Shown piece by piece: positions 1 through 8,222 of a stretch of 20,000 nt of DNA. The translations under genes and the position numbers were made by a program. How positions within the stretch are numbered: position 1 is the stretch's first letter; the number at the start of each line of letters is the position of its first letter. This DNA is from Candidatus Woesearchaeota archaeon (GTDB lineage Archaea; Nanobdellota; Nanobdellia; Woesearchaeales; JABGUJ01): NCBI GenBank assembly GCA_018646625.1, contig JABGUJ010000004.1, positions 109,966-129,965 on the forward strand, given 5' to 3'. The notes below the pieces were generated by a model that was not told the origin of the DNA, did no database searches, and saw only the letters and a list, made by a program, of their open reading frames with translations.

Positions 1-71
1 TCAGATTCAACTTTGATAAGAATATCAATCAACGGATTTCCAATGCCAAACACATCAAATTCTTTTTCCAT
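1..71 (-). CDS. PfkB/ribokinase-family carbohydrate or nucleoside kinase (adenosine-kinase-like), N-terminus only; runs off the window start
   Basis: Manual translation from ATG at 71: MEKEFDVFGIGNPLIDILIKVES. The 'DVxGIGNPLxD' start is typical of PfkB adenosine/sugar kinases. TATA-like TTATAAAG on the minus strand at 100-93. Confidence 0.75.
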   Translation of the reverse strand, partial: MEKEFDVFGIGNPLIDILIKVES

Positions 72-92
72 AACTCAGAAACTACTTGTCCC

Positions 93-145
93 CTTTATAA
101 AGATTCTGGAATCCTTCCAGATCATCCACCCAAAACTATTTAACG
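93..145. promoter_or_regulatory. Divergent archaeal TATA-type promoters for the pfkB-like gene and the PD-(D/E)XK nuclease
   Basis: CTTTATAA (93-100, reads TTATAAAG on minus) and CAAAACTATTTAACG (131-145, plus), each roughly 22-30 nt from its ATG. Confidence 0.55.
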
Positions 146-166
146 CTCTCTTAATTCCAAAGAAAA

Positions 167-976
167 ATGACTGATAGAAAACTTTCTCCGAGCAGCATAA
201 ATACGTACATGCAATGCCCTAAGAAATATTACTATCATTACATAGAACAACTCCCAACCAAACCTTCGATACATCTTCTGATGGGTAGCATAGTTCACAA
301 GGTTTTAGAGGAATTCTTCAATCGAAAACACAACATGACTGGTTCCTACCGAGAGAACCTAAAACAAGCAATAACTATTTTGCTTGAGAACTATTGGGAC
401 ATATCTGAATTAAAGCTTCCTGAAGAGGAACAAGCACTTTATAGGAGCCAAGCAACGCGCATGGTTAATAATTTTATTGCCAGATTTATTAATCAGATTG
501 ATATGCTTATAGAATCGAAAAAAGCAGTAGATCCTAATCATGCATTTAACTTAATTAAACCAAAACTAAAAGAGAAATACTACTCAGATGATCACTTAAA
601 TATTCACGGTTACGTTGATTCAATAGAAAAAGATTTCGATGGTAACATCACTTTAATTGACTACAAAACATCGCAAAAATACAAGAATGTTCTAAATCCA
701 GACTATAAAAGACAATTGGCAATTTATGCTTTACTATATCAAAAAGAAGAAGGCCACCTTCCGCAACTTGTCGGTATACATTATCTAAGATACGGTGAAG
801 TTTTCTTTGTAGAAGTCACTCCCGAATTAGTAACTTGGGCCGAAGGCGAAGTAAAATTTGTTTCTGAAAAGGTAAAAACCAAAGAAATAGTGGATTATGA
901 TCGAAAACCATCAAAATTATGCAGATGGTGTGATTTCTATGATGTTTGTTGGAAAGGAGAAGTACCTCCATACTAA
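167..976 (+). CDS. PD-(D/E)XK nuclease, RecB/AddB/Cas4-like, with a 4-Cys Fe-S cluster motif
   Basis: N-terminal LSPSSINTYMQCPKKYYY, catalytic GYVD...LIDYKT, QLAIYA motif and C-terminal CRWC-x5-C: the 1+3 cysteine pattern of AddB/Cas4-type Fe-S nucleases. Confidence 0.88.
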   Translation: MTDRKLSPSSINTYMQCPKKYYYHYIEQLPTKPSIHLLMGSIVHKVLEEFFNRKHNMTGSYRENLKQAITILLENYWDISELKLPEEEQALYRSQATRMVNNFIARFINQIDMLIESKKAVDPNHAFNLIKPKLKEKYYSDDHLNIHGYVDSIEKDFDGNITLIDYKTSQKYKNVLNPDYKRQLAIYALLYQKEEGHLPQLVGIHYLRYGEVFFVEVTPELVTWAEGEVKFVSEKVKTKEIVDYDRKPSKLCRWCDFYDVCWKGEVPPY

Positions 977-1011
977 AAATTTATAAACCCAAAACCACAT
1001 TCATCAAAACT

Positions 1012-1170
1012 ATGGCAATATGCAGAAAAAACGATTACTGCAAGTTTGGTATTGTAGTGGGTGATGAGACTGAAGGCAAAGATGATTCAGATTATGAATC
1101 AAAGCGATGCTTCAGATGCATGGCCACAAGCTACGATCTGTTCGAACCTGTAGACGACGAAGAGGAATAA
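1012..1170 (+). CDS. Small acidic 52-aa protein with four Cys (possible metal-binding microprotein)
   Basis: MAICRKNDYC...KRCFRC...DDEEE. Start moved from 946 to ATG 1012 because TTTATAAA (980-987) lies at canonical leaderless spacing. Confidence 0.6.
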   Translation: MAICRKNDYCKFGIVVGDETEGKDDSDYESKRCFRCMATSYDLFEPVDDEEE

Positions 1171-1177
1171 ACTCATT

Positions 1178-1756
1178 CTACCTTACAACTTTAGCATCCA
1201 CATACTTGCTAGCTTCGTGATCTGAAAACTGGAATGCATACACCGCAGGACACGATTTCGCAACCTTATGTTCATACACTTCCCACGCACCATCAAATTG
1301 AGCCATATGCCATCGCATTAATAATGCTTCATTCGGTGTTAATTCTATATGCTTTCCTGCCATCATTACTGATTTTTCGCCATGACCTAATGGCATTTCA
1401 TCTTTAACAACATACGGCTTTGCTTCTGAAACTTTACCCGACTTCAACACATTTGGTTTATAGGTGTTAACTTTGCACAAGTCATGTAGCAACGCAGCGA
1501 TAGCCATTTCATCATCACCAACTTCCAGACCATACATAGCAACTTTTCCTCTAAATAATTGATAAACATTTAGCGAGTGCTCTGCCAATCCTCCTTCGTG
1601 ACATCCATGAAAATCTGGACGAGATGATGCTGGAGCAGTGAAGTAATCACTCTGCTCTAACCAACCAACCAATCCATCTATTCCTTCTCTGCCAGTTTCT
1701 TGTAGTAATGAGATTATGTTAGCTTTATTTTCTTCTACTTTATCTACTAAACTCAT
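1178..1756 (-). CDS. HD-domain metal-dependent phosphohydrolase
   Basis: FTAPAS...H...GGLAEHSLNV, ALLHDLCK (HD), LGHGEKS, RWHM, terminal D motif. GGAGG SD and ATGA overlap with the ligase stop. Confidence 0.88.
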   Translation of the reverse strand: MSLVDKVEENKANIISLLQETGREGIDGLVGWLEQSDYFTAPASSRPDFHGCHEGGLAEHSLNVYQLFRGKVAMYGLEVGDDEMAIAALLHDLCKVNTYKPNVLKSGKVSEAKPYVVKDEMPLGHGEKSVMMAGKHIELTPNEALLMRWHMAQFDGAWEVYEHKVAKSCPAVYAFQFSDHEASKYVDAKVVR

Positions 1757-2889
1757 TTTGAACCCTCCTGCAATCTGTATAATGTTCTGACTGCGCTAGT
1801 CTTGGTGGCTTGCCTAGGACCTTTGTCATATCGTACTTGATTAGCAAACCCAATTCTCATAGAAAATGCTCTTCCCTCATCTAATCCGCAAGTTTGCCAA
1901 TTATTTGAATAGTTCAAGTTCATTGCCTTAACTTCCAACACTGCAGAACTCTCAGGATCAACATACAAGTCTGGAACATATTTGGAAAATGCATCTCTGT
2001 CAAGCTTTTCAGAGACAACCACATTACCTGGACGAGCATTTTGTAATTTATCGCCAATCAAAGCATTAATTTCATTAGCCAATCCGTTTCTTGTTGCTCC
2101 TATCTTACCGATTGTTTCATACTTTCCAGTTTCATCATTGTAAGTAGCACACAATACTGAAGTAAACGGTAAATCTCTTCCATAATCTGCCGTGTAAACA
2201 CCAATCACTACTAAGTCTAGTGGCTCAGAACGTTTGAACTTAACCCAATCAATTGTATTCCCTCCTGGAACATACTGTGAAGATGGATTTTTACAAACTC
2301 TACCTTCTTGCTTCTCTCCAAAACTTGACACAACCAGTTCTTCTAGTGCGTCTACTCCTTCAACAACTTCAATCTCTGAAGGAACAATTCCTGTTGAATC
2401 AAATCTCTCGGTGTATGCTCGTCGTTCACTTAAAGGAAGATACAGCGTACCTCTTTTCTCAAATCTGATTGTATCAAATACTCTTAGAGATAATGGTGTA
2501 CCTTCAACAACTCCGCTTGTAAGATACTTTTCTAAACTTTTGTCGCTTATTCCTGCACGTCTAAATCTTTTCTTTACATTGTCAAAAACTTCTTTATGTC
2601 CATTACCTTCTCCAACCAACTCTGCTTCTAAAATGCATTGTGGTAAAGATTCTGCGATCTTTACAATCTCAGGATAGCAAGCATAGTTTAACTCGTTACC
2701 ATTCCTTGTAAAAACTTTTAATCCTCTTCCGCTCTTGTGAATCTGAACTCTATATCCGTCATACTTTATTTCTGAAAATGTTTTACCGCCATGCGCTTCC
2801 ATTACTTCTTTGTAATCTGCATACATTGGTTGCATTGTTGGAATAAATGTTCCAATTCTTGGTAGAGCTCTCGCTAATTTCTTATTCAT
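1753..2889 (-). CDS. ATP-dependent DNA ligase, minimal (adenylation + OB domains, no N-terminal DNA-binding domain)
   Basis: Motif I EIKYDGYR, Ia FTRNG, III LEAELV, IIIa VFD, IV EGRVCK, V WVKFK, OB-fold DLVVIG, VI-like VRYDK. Start placed at ATG 2889 behind a GGTGA SD (2899-2895); the ORF track starts at 2904. Confidence 0.88.
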   Translation of the reverse strand: MNKKLARALPRIGTFIPTMQPMYADYKEVMEAHGGKTFSEIKYDGYRVQIHKSGRGLKVFTRNGNELNYACYPEIVKIAESLPQCILEAELVGEGNGHKEVFDNVKKRFRRAGISDKSLEKYLTSGVVEGTPLSLRVFDTIRFEKRGTLYLPLSERRAYTERFDSTGIVPSEIEVVEGVDALEELVVSSFGEKQEGRVCKNPSSQYVPGGNTIDWVKFKRSEPLDLVVIGVYTADYGRDLPFTSVLCATYNDETGKYETIGKIGATRNGLANEINALIGDKLQNARPGNVVVSEKLDRDAFSKYVPDLYVDPESSAVLEVKAMNLNYSNNWQTCGLDEGRAFSMRIGFANQVRYDKGPRQATKTSAVRTLYRLQEGSK

Positions 2890-2956
2890 GTATTTCACCA
2901 CCATAGGTTGTTTTTCTCTATTGGTGGTTATTAGTCAAAACAAATATATGAATAAG

Positions 2957-2978
2957 TGTGGTGACATTATTCACCTCA
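2957..2978. promoter_or_regulatory. Imperfect palindrome upstream of the ligase-HD promoter (candidate operator)
   Basis: TGTGGTGA-CATTAT-TCACCTCA (7/8 arm match). Shares ATTATTCACnnCAGA with the palindrome at 3773-3793. Confidence 0.45.
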
Positions 2979-3006
2979 GAAATTAGCAAATAAACAAATT
3001 AAGTAC

Positions 3007-3741
3007 TTACAAGTCTTTTCCTTCTGGTTTAATAACTTTAGAACTTCTCCAAAGCCAGTCGAAATACGCATCATAAGTCGCAACTATATTTTTATTCTCC
3101 ATTACAATTGCAAAATAAGGTTCTTCCCAAATAAATTGAGTTACTCGGTCTCCAAACAACAATAAACTAGTAGGTAGTTGTATATCTTCTGGAACCTTCC
3201 TCCACTCTTCATATTTCTGCGGAGTTATATCTTCCTCACCTTGACATATCAAAACTTTACCAGGGATTTTATTCTTTTCATACACGCTCAAGTAATATTC
3301 CATCATGTGCGGGAAAAGTGTTTCGAACTCTCTTGCCGCACCGACGACCTTGTACGGAGTTTTAGACTCAAACAAGTTTTTAATCAAAGAACGCAATCCT
3401 TCTTTACCTTTGTACACTTCAATTTTAGTTTCTTCTTTAGCAAGTTTTTGCAAACCTAACAGCTGCGGCATTAATTGATTTAATTCTCTTTTTCTTTCAT
3501 CAACATCTTCCATTAATTTGTTTGGAGATGCCGCATTAAAGTATCGAACATTTTTCTTTGTAAAAAAACTCACTAGCCCTTTGTCAATCAACTTCTCAAT
3601 AATACTATAACACAGAGTTCGTTCTATTCTCGTCTCTTTTGAAATCTGTGTGGCTGTTATAGCTCCCAATTTAAGCAAAGCCAGGTATATCTTAATCTCT
3701 TTTCCTTCCAGACCTAATTTTTCTAAAACATCTGTATCCAT
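3007..3741 (-). CDS. TrmB-family transcriptional regulator (winged HTH + C-terminal effector-binding domain)
   Basis: LGL..KEIKIYLALLKLGAITATQISKETRIERTLCYSIIEKLIDKGLV is a TrmB HTH, followed by a coiled coil and IEVYKGKEG at the start of the C-terminal domain. Confidence 0.9.
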   Translation of the reverse strand: MDTDVLEKLGLEGKEIKIYLALLKLGAITATQISKETRIERTLCYSIIEKLIDKGLVSFFTKKNVRYFNAASPNKLMEDVDERKRELNQLMPQLLGLQKLAKEETKIEVYKGKEGLRSLIKNLFESKTPYKVVGAAREFETLFPHMMEYYLSVYEKNKIPGKVLICQGEEDITPQKYEEWRKVPEDIQLPTSLLLFGDRVTQFIWEEPYFAIVMENKNIVATYDAYFDWLWRSSKVIKPEGKDL

Positions 3742-3764
3742 GATATTATTAATACACGGGCCAT

Positions 3765-3805
3765 TATTTAAATGTTGTTAATTATTCACAACAGAGGCTT
3801 ATATA
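3765..3805. promoter_or_regulatory. Back-to-back TATA boxes flanking a 21-bp palindromic operator
   Basis: Minus TATA TTTAAATA (3772-3765), palindrome TGTTGTTAAT-T-ATTCACAACA (3773-3793, 9/10 arm match), plus TATA CTTATATA (3798-3805). Confidence 0.75.
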
Positions 3806-3874
3806 CTTTCTCGCCTTTTTCCATTTCAAGGGTGTTCTGAGCAATATAGTTGATAGAAGGAGGTCTAAGATAAA

Positions 3875-5002
3875 ATGAACTCAATAACCAAGATAGCGTT
3901 AGCTATTTTCATGTGTTTGATAATTATGGGCTGTGGCTCACAAACTATTACTGGTAAAGTTATAGAACGAGAACAAACAATCAAAGTAGGATTCATTGCT
4001 CCGCTAACTGTTCTTGCAGAAGTCGGAGAAGAAATGCGCAACGGTGTAGAGCTAGCACTAGATGATGTTAATGATCCAAGACTAAAGATCATAATTGAAG
4101 ATGGACAATGCCAACCAAAGCCAGCAGTAAACGCAGCACAAAAGTTAATGACGGTCGACAAAGTAATTGCAATCATCGGGCCTGCGTGTACAACATCTAT
4201 CTTACCTGTTGCACCTTTGGCTAATCATTACAAAATTCCTATTATTGGAACTGTAGATTCCAGTGAGGATATTGGAAAAGCGGGTGAGTATGTTTTCTCG
4301 GCAGGATTTTCTGTAGAAGATGGTGCGAAGTTGATGGCAAACTTCGCATATACTGAACTAGATGCAAGAACTGCTTCGTTGTTGTACGACACAGACGATT
4401 GGGCTCAAGTTTTAACTGAGAGCTTTAAACAAGAGTTTGAGATGCTTGGAGGAACTGTGTTAGACCATTTACATCATGATATTTCATCTAAAGATTATAG
4501 AACTGAGCTTCTTAAGATGAAACACTCCAACCCTGATGTTCTATATACCATTCCTCTTACTCTTGACGGCACAATATTAAGGCAGGCAAGAGAGCTAAAG
4601 CTAACGCAAACGTTCTTGGGTGCGGATTCGTTTGGAATCGAAAGTGTAATTGAAGGTGCAGGACCTGCTGCGGAAGGAACATTCTTTTCTTATCAATTAC
4701 CTTACAACCAAGAAACTGAAGACAAGCTAGAAACTCTAAGACAGAAGTATCTTGCAAAGTTTGGAAAAGAACCTTTCAATCTGCTTTATGTTGGAATGGC
4801 CTACGACAATGTGGTTATGCTCTCTAAAATATTAAAACACGCAAAAACATCGGAAGAAGTCAAAGACGCTTTGGCTCACATGGAACCACATCAAGGTTTC
4901 ATAGGGGTGATTGACTTTGATGAGCGAGGCTTGGCTAGCAGACCACAATTCATCAACACAATACATAACAACGAGTTTGAGAGTGTAGACTTCCAAACTT
5001 AA
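3875..5002 (+). CDS. ABC transporter substrate-binding lipoprotein, branched-chain amino acid (LivJ/LivK, periplasmic binding type 1) family
   Basis: Signal/lipobox-like IIMGC, IKVGFIAPLT, IEDGQCQP..AV.AAQKL, AIIGP.CT, DYRTELLKMK..NPD, AYD, IDFDERG. SD GGAGGT upstream. Confidence 0.9.
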   Translation: MNSITKIALAIFMCLIIMGCGSQTITGKVIEREQTIKVGFIAPLTVLAEVGEEMRNGVELALDDVNDPRLKIIIEDGQCQPKPAVNAAQKLMTVDKVIAIIGPACTTSILPVAPLANHYKIPIIGTVDSSEDIGKAGEYVFSAGFSVEDGAKLMANFAYTELDARTASLLYDTDDWAQVLTESFKQEFEMLGGTVLDHLHHDISSKDYRTELLKMKHSNPDVLYTIPLTLDGTILRQARELKLTQTFLGADSFGIESVIEGAGPAAEGTFFSYQLPYNQETEDKLETLRQKYLAKFGKEPFNLLYVGMAYDNVVMLSKILKHAKTSEEVKDALAHMEPHQGFIGVIDFDERGLASRPQFINTIHNNEFESVDFQT

Positions 5003-5015
5003 TTTTTTATTTTTT
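5003..5015 (+). terminator. Oligo-T tract between convergent genes (archaeal-type terminator candidate)
   Basis: TTTTTTATTTTTT immediately after the binding-protein stop codon. Confidence 0.45.
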
Positions 5016-6951
5016 AGAATTCTACTTTTACAACATCACGATCGAGTTTATGGATACAATCTAGCATTCTGTCCTTTAATTCATAATTGTCAGTTGCTTT
5101 AGCTATTTGCTTCAATACATCAATCACTCTTCTGAATAATCTAATAATATCTCCCTCTAACAAGTTTGTATTCTTCATCAAACTTTCAAACGTCGCACCA
5201 TTAGCCCACGACTTAAACAGTTTAACCATTCTTTTTACATTAAGTCTTTTTACTCTTTTAGACAAGATCTTATTCTTAGAAACCGACTTTAATATTCTGT
5301 TAAAATCTTTATCAATATTCTGGAAATTAAATTTATCGCTCATTCTTGGTTCATATTCGAGAGCGGCAATCAATATAAGCACATCAACATCGCTCAAACC
5401 ATCCAACACACCGTTGAATACCATCTCTCCAATCTCGAGCTCATGAGAATAAATCATCGTGGTGAACTTTCCTTTAGGGGTTAATTTCCCTTCCTTGTCC
5501 ACATGTCCGAGCTTTTTCAACTGTCGAACTTTATTCTTATAACTTGTAATAATTCTACTTTGTTTAGCTGACTGTCTTTTTACGAAGAAACCAAAGTTAC
5601 TTCTTAATATTCTTTCAATCTTATCAGGATCATGAGCACTTATTAAGTTAACAACTGTATTGTAAGAGGTATCAAACCTGCTCACCATCGGATCTACATC
5701 CTTAGATGTTATCTTAATAACTTTGTCCAGATCCACGTTGTTTCGATCTATAATCACTATTGCTCTACCAAACTCATCTATACCTCTTCTTCCCGCTCTT
5801 CCTGCAATCTGAAAATATTCTTTAGAATTTAAGTAACGAAAGCTAATACCATCATATTTCTCCATGCTACCAAAGCAAACAGTCTTTGCAGGCATGTTTA
5901 TACCAACTGCAAACGTTTCTGTAGTATAAAGAACTTTAATTATTCCTTTGTTAAACAATTTTTCAACTATTTCTTTTAAAATTGGCAACAAACCTGCATG
6001 ATGTATACCAATTCCTTTAGTTAATACTTTTTTCAAGACACTCACAGAACTAAGATGTTTTATTCCATCTGTAACGTTCTTGTTTATGAAACTAATTATC
6101 TCCGCTTTTTCTTCGTCTGTTGTGAAATCAAGTTTAGCATCAACTAAGGCTAATGCATTTGTTTGACATGCTTTTCTTGAGAAACAAAAGAAAAATGCAG
6201 GCAATTGCCCTTTTTCTTCCAACTCTTCTATTAAGTCAATATGACTCGGAACTGGAATTCTGATTCGTTTTTTTCTCTTCTTCCCACCAGCACTCATAAC
6301 CTTTTCATAGCTAGGGAACGAGTTATCATATTTTAAGATCGGCTTAAGTTCCTTTGCTGTAGTAATGCCTTCATTAATATCAAATACATAATGATTCAAC
6401 GGAACCGCTCTTTTCATGTAAGTAACCAAGTCAACTGTGTGTCCTTTTACTTCTTGAATCCATTGCCCAAACTGTTTAGCGTTAGGAATGGTTGCACTCA
6501 AGCAAAGAAATCTTACATTTTCTGGAGAAAAGATAATAGATTCTTCCCATACTGTTCCTCGTTCTATATCACTTAAGAAATGAATTTCATCAAATATCAC
6601 ATAAGTTATTTCATCTACAACAGGATCATGACTCAACAACATATTTCTATAGATCTCTGTTGTCATTATCAAGATCTGGGCTCTATCGTTAATGGTAACA
6701 TCTCCTGTCAACAATCCGATCTTATCCCCGTAATCTTCCTTAAACTCTCGAAATTTCTGATTAGATAAAGCCTTAATAGGTGCTGTATATACTACTCTTT
6801 TATCTTCCTTAATTGCTTTATTAATTATGTAATCCGCAATCAAGGTTTTTCCTGTACCTGTAGCTGCACTAACAACTACAGAATTATTTTTTTCTATAGA
6901 ATGAATAGAATCTTCCTGAAACTTGTCCAGCTCAAAATTTTTATATCTCAT
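5014..6951 (-). CDS. SF2 DExH-box RNA helicase, Ski2/Mtr4/HelY-like, with DSHCT-like C-terminus
   Basis: Q-motif LDKFQ, ATGTGKT, YTAPIKALSNQK, MTTEIYRNML, DEIH, LSAT, HHAGLLP, TETFAVGINMPA, QIAGRAGRRG, and C-terminal EGDIIRLFRRVIDVLKQI. Confidence 0.93.
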   Translation of the reverse strand: MRYKNFELDKFQEDSIHSIEKNNSVVVSAATGTGKTLIADYIINKAIKEDKRVVYTAPIKALSNQKFREFKEDYGDKIGLLTGDVTINDRAQILIMTTEIYRNMLLSHDPVVDEITYVIFDEIHFLSDIERGTVWEESIIFSPENVRFLCLSATIPNAKQFGQWIQEVKGHTVDLVTYMKRAVPLNHYVFDINEGITTAKELKPILKYDNSFPSYEKVMSAGGKKRKKRIRIPVPSHIDLIEELEEKGQLPAFFFCFSRKACQTNALALVDAKLDFTTDEEKAEIISFINKNVTDGIKHLSSVSVLKKVLTKGIGIHHAGLLPILKEIVEKLFNKGIIKVLYTTETFAVGINMPAKTVCFGSMEKYDGISFRYLNSKEYFQIAGRAGRRGIDEFGRAIVIIDRNNVDLDKVIKITSKDVDPMVSRFDTSYNTVVNLISAHDPDKIERILRSNFGFFVKRQSAKQSRIITSYKNKVRQLKKLGHVDKEGKLTPKGKFTTMIYSHELEIGEMVFNGVLDGLSDVDVLILIAALEYEPRMSDKFNFQNIDKDFNRILKSVSKNKILSKRVKRLNVKRMVKLFKSWANGATFESLMKNTNLLEGDIIRLFRRVIDVLKQIAKATDNYELKDRMLDCIHKLDRDVVKVEF

Positions 6952-7046
6952 ATTCTACTTTAAACGACCAATCCTTGATTTATATAGTTATCCTTTGACC
7001 ATTTCCATTCAATAGCTTTTTAAACCCCTTAAACCGCAAAAAACAC

Positions 7047-8222
7047 ATGCACCACGGCATAATCAAGTCACGTCACAGAAAGGTACATAGCATTGCAGAC
7101 ATGTCTGCTGTCAATGTTATCACTTGCATAGGTGTGTCTTTAGCATTTACATTCTGGGCAGTTTTCCTAAAATCATTTCTACATGAAGATTATCTAGTTG
7201 GTTTGGCTACTGGTGTGTTTACTTTAGTATCATTATTCGCACATTTCTATTTTGTACCTTTAGTGCAAAAGTCAGATGAGGCCAAACTCTATGTCTACTG
7301 TTTAATTTCATTAATGCTTGGATATTTAGTATATTTCATCACCCGAAACGTATGGGTATTTTTACTCGTAACGATGGGAGTAATCATAGCCAGAGTATTA
7401 CGAAGAGAATCGTTTGGTATTTTACTAAGAGATAATTCCAGCAGAAAAACCATTGCAAAAAACGAAGGGTTTCTTTACACGATGAGTAACATTGGTTGGG
7501 TTCTTGGTCCATTAATTGCGGGACTCATTGCAGCAAACTATGATGTACGTCATGTATACTTGTTCGCAGGACTGTTCATGTTCTTGGCAATCATTGCATT
7601 TGCATTTTTCAAAATCGAAGATAAAAATCATAAGAAAGTTAAGATAGATAGCAGTACTTGGAAAACACTAAAACACCTTGCCACTCACAAGTATCTAAGA
7701 AAAGCATACTTAGTAAGTATGGGTCTAAACATCTGGTGGGCTGCGGTCTACATTTACATGCCTTTATTGATAATGAAACATCTTAGTGCGGTCTGGGTTG
7801 GTTATTTCTTATTTGCAATTCCTATTCCTATGGTTATGTTAGAGTACATGGTCGGCAAGTATGAGAAAAAGTTCAGTGCCCGAAAGTTCTTTGTAATCGG
7901 ATACGCGATGTTGGCAGTAATCTCAGTAGCCGCATTCTTTGCACCAAACATATATTGGATCTTAGGATTGTTCATTTTCGGAAGCATTGCCGCTTCTCTA
8001 ATTGAACCAACGCGAGAATCATATTTCTTTGAACTAGTACCTCAAAAAGATGAAAAAAGCTACTACGGACCATACATGTCTTCTATGGAAGTTGGAAGAT
8101 TAGTAGGCAGATTTGGATTTGCACTTGTAATACTCTTCTTACCATTCAATGCAATATTTATTTTCTTAGCACTTGCAATGCTAGCAACTTCTATTATTTC
8201 ATTAAAATTAAAGAAAGTTTAG
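7047..8222 (+). CDS. Major facilitator superfamily transporter
   Basis: About 12 hydrophobic segments in two halves, motif-C-like NIGWVLGPLIAGLI. TATA TTTTTAAA at 7017-7024. Confidence 0.88.
   Translation: MHHGIIKSRHRKVHSIADMSAVNVITCIGVSLAFTFWAVFLKSFLHEDYLVGLATGVFTLVSLFAHFYFVPLVQKSDEAKLYVYCLISLMLGYLVYFITRNVWVFLLVTMGVIIARVLRRESFGILLRDNSSRKTIAKNEGFLYTMSNIGWVLGPLIAGLIAANYDVRHVYLFAGLFMFLAIIAFAFFKIEDKNHKKVKIDSSTWKTLKHLATHKYLRKAYLVSMGLNIWWAAVYIYMPLLIMKHLSAVWVGYFLFAIPIPMVMLEYMVGKYEKKFSARKFFVIGYAMLAVISVAAFFAPNIYWILGLFIFGSIAASLIEPTRESYFFELVPQKDEKSYYGPYMSSMEVGRLVGRFGFALVILFLPFNAIFIFLALAMLATSIISLKLKKV

Noticed and set aside
167..976. Cas4-like nuclease as a sign of a CRISPR-Cas locus
   Set aside because: No cas1/cas2, effector genes or repeat-spacer array in the window. 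Solo PD-(D/E)XK nucleases are common.
167..2904. Prophage or integrated element (nuclease + HD + small ligase look phage-like)
   Set aside because: No integrase, structural genes, att-like repeats or adjacent tRNA seen, and the genes sit among housekeeping genes with host-type promoters.
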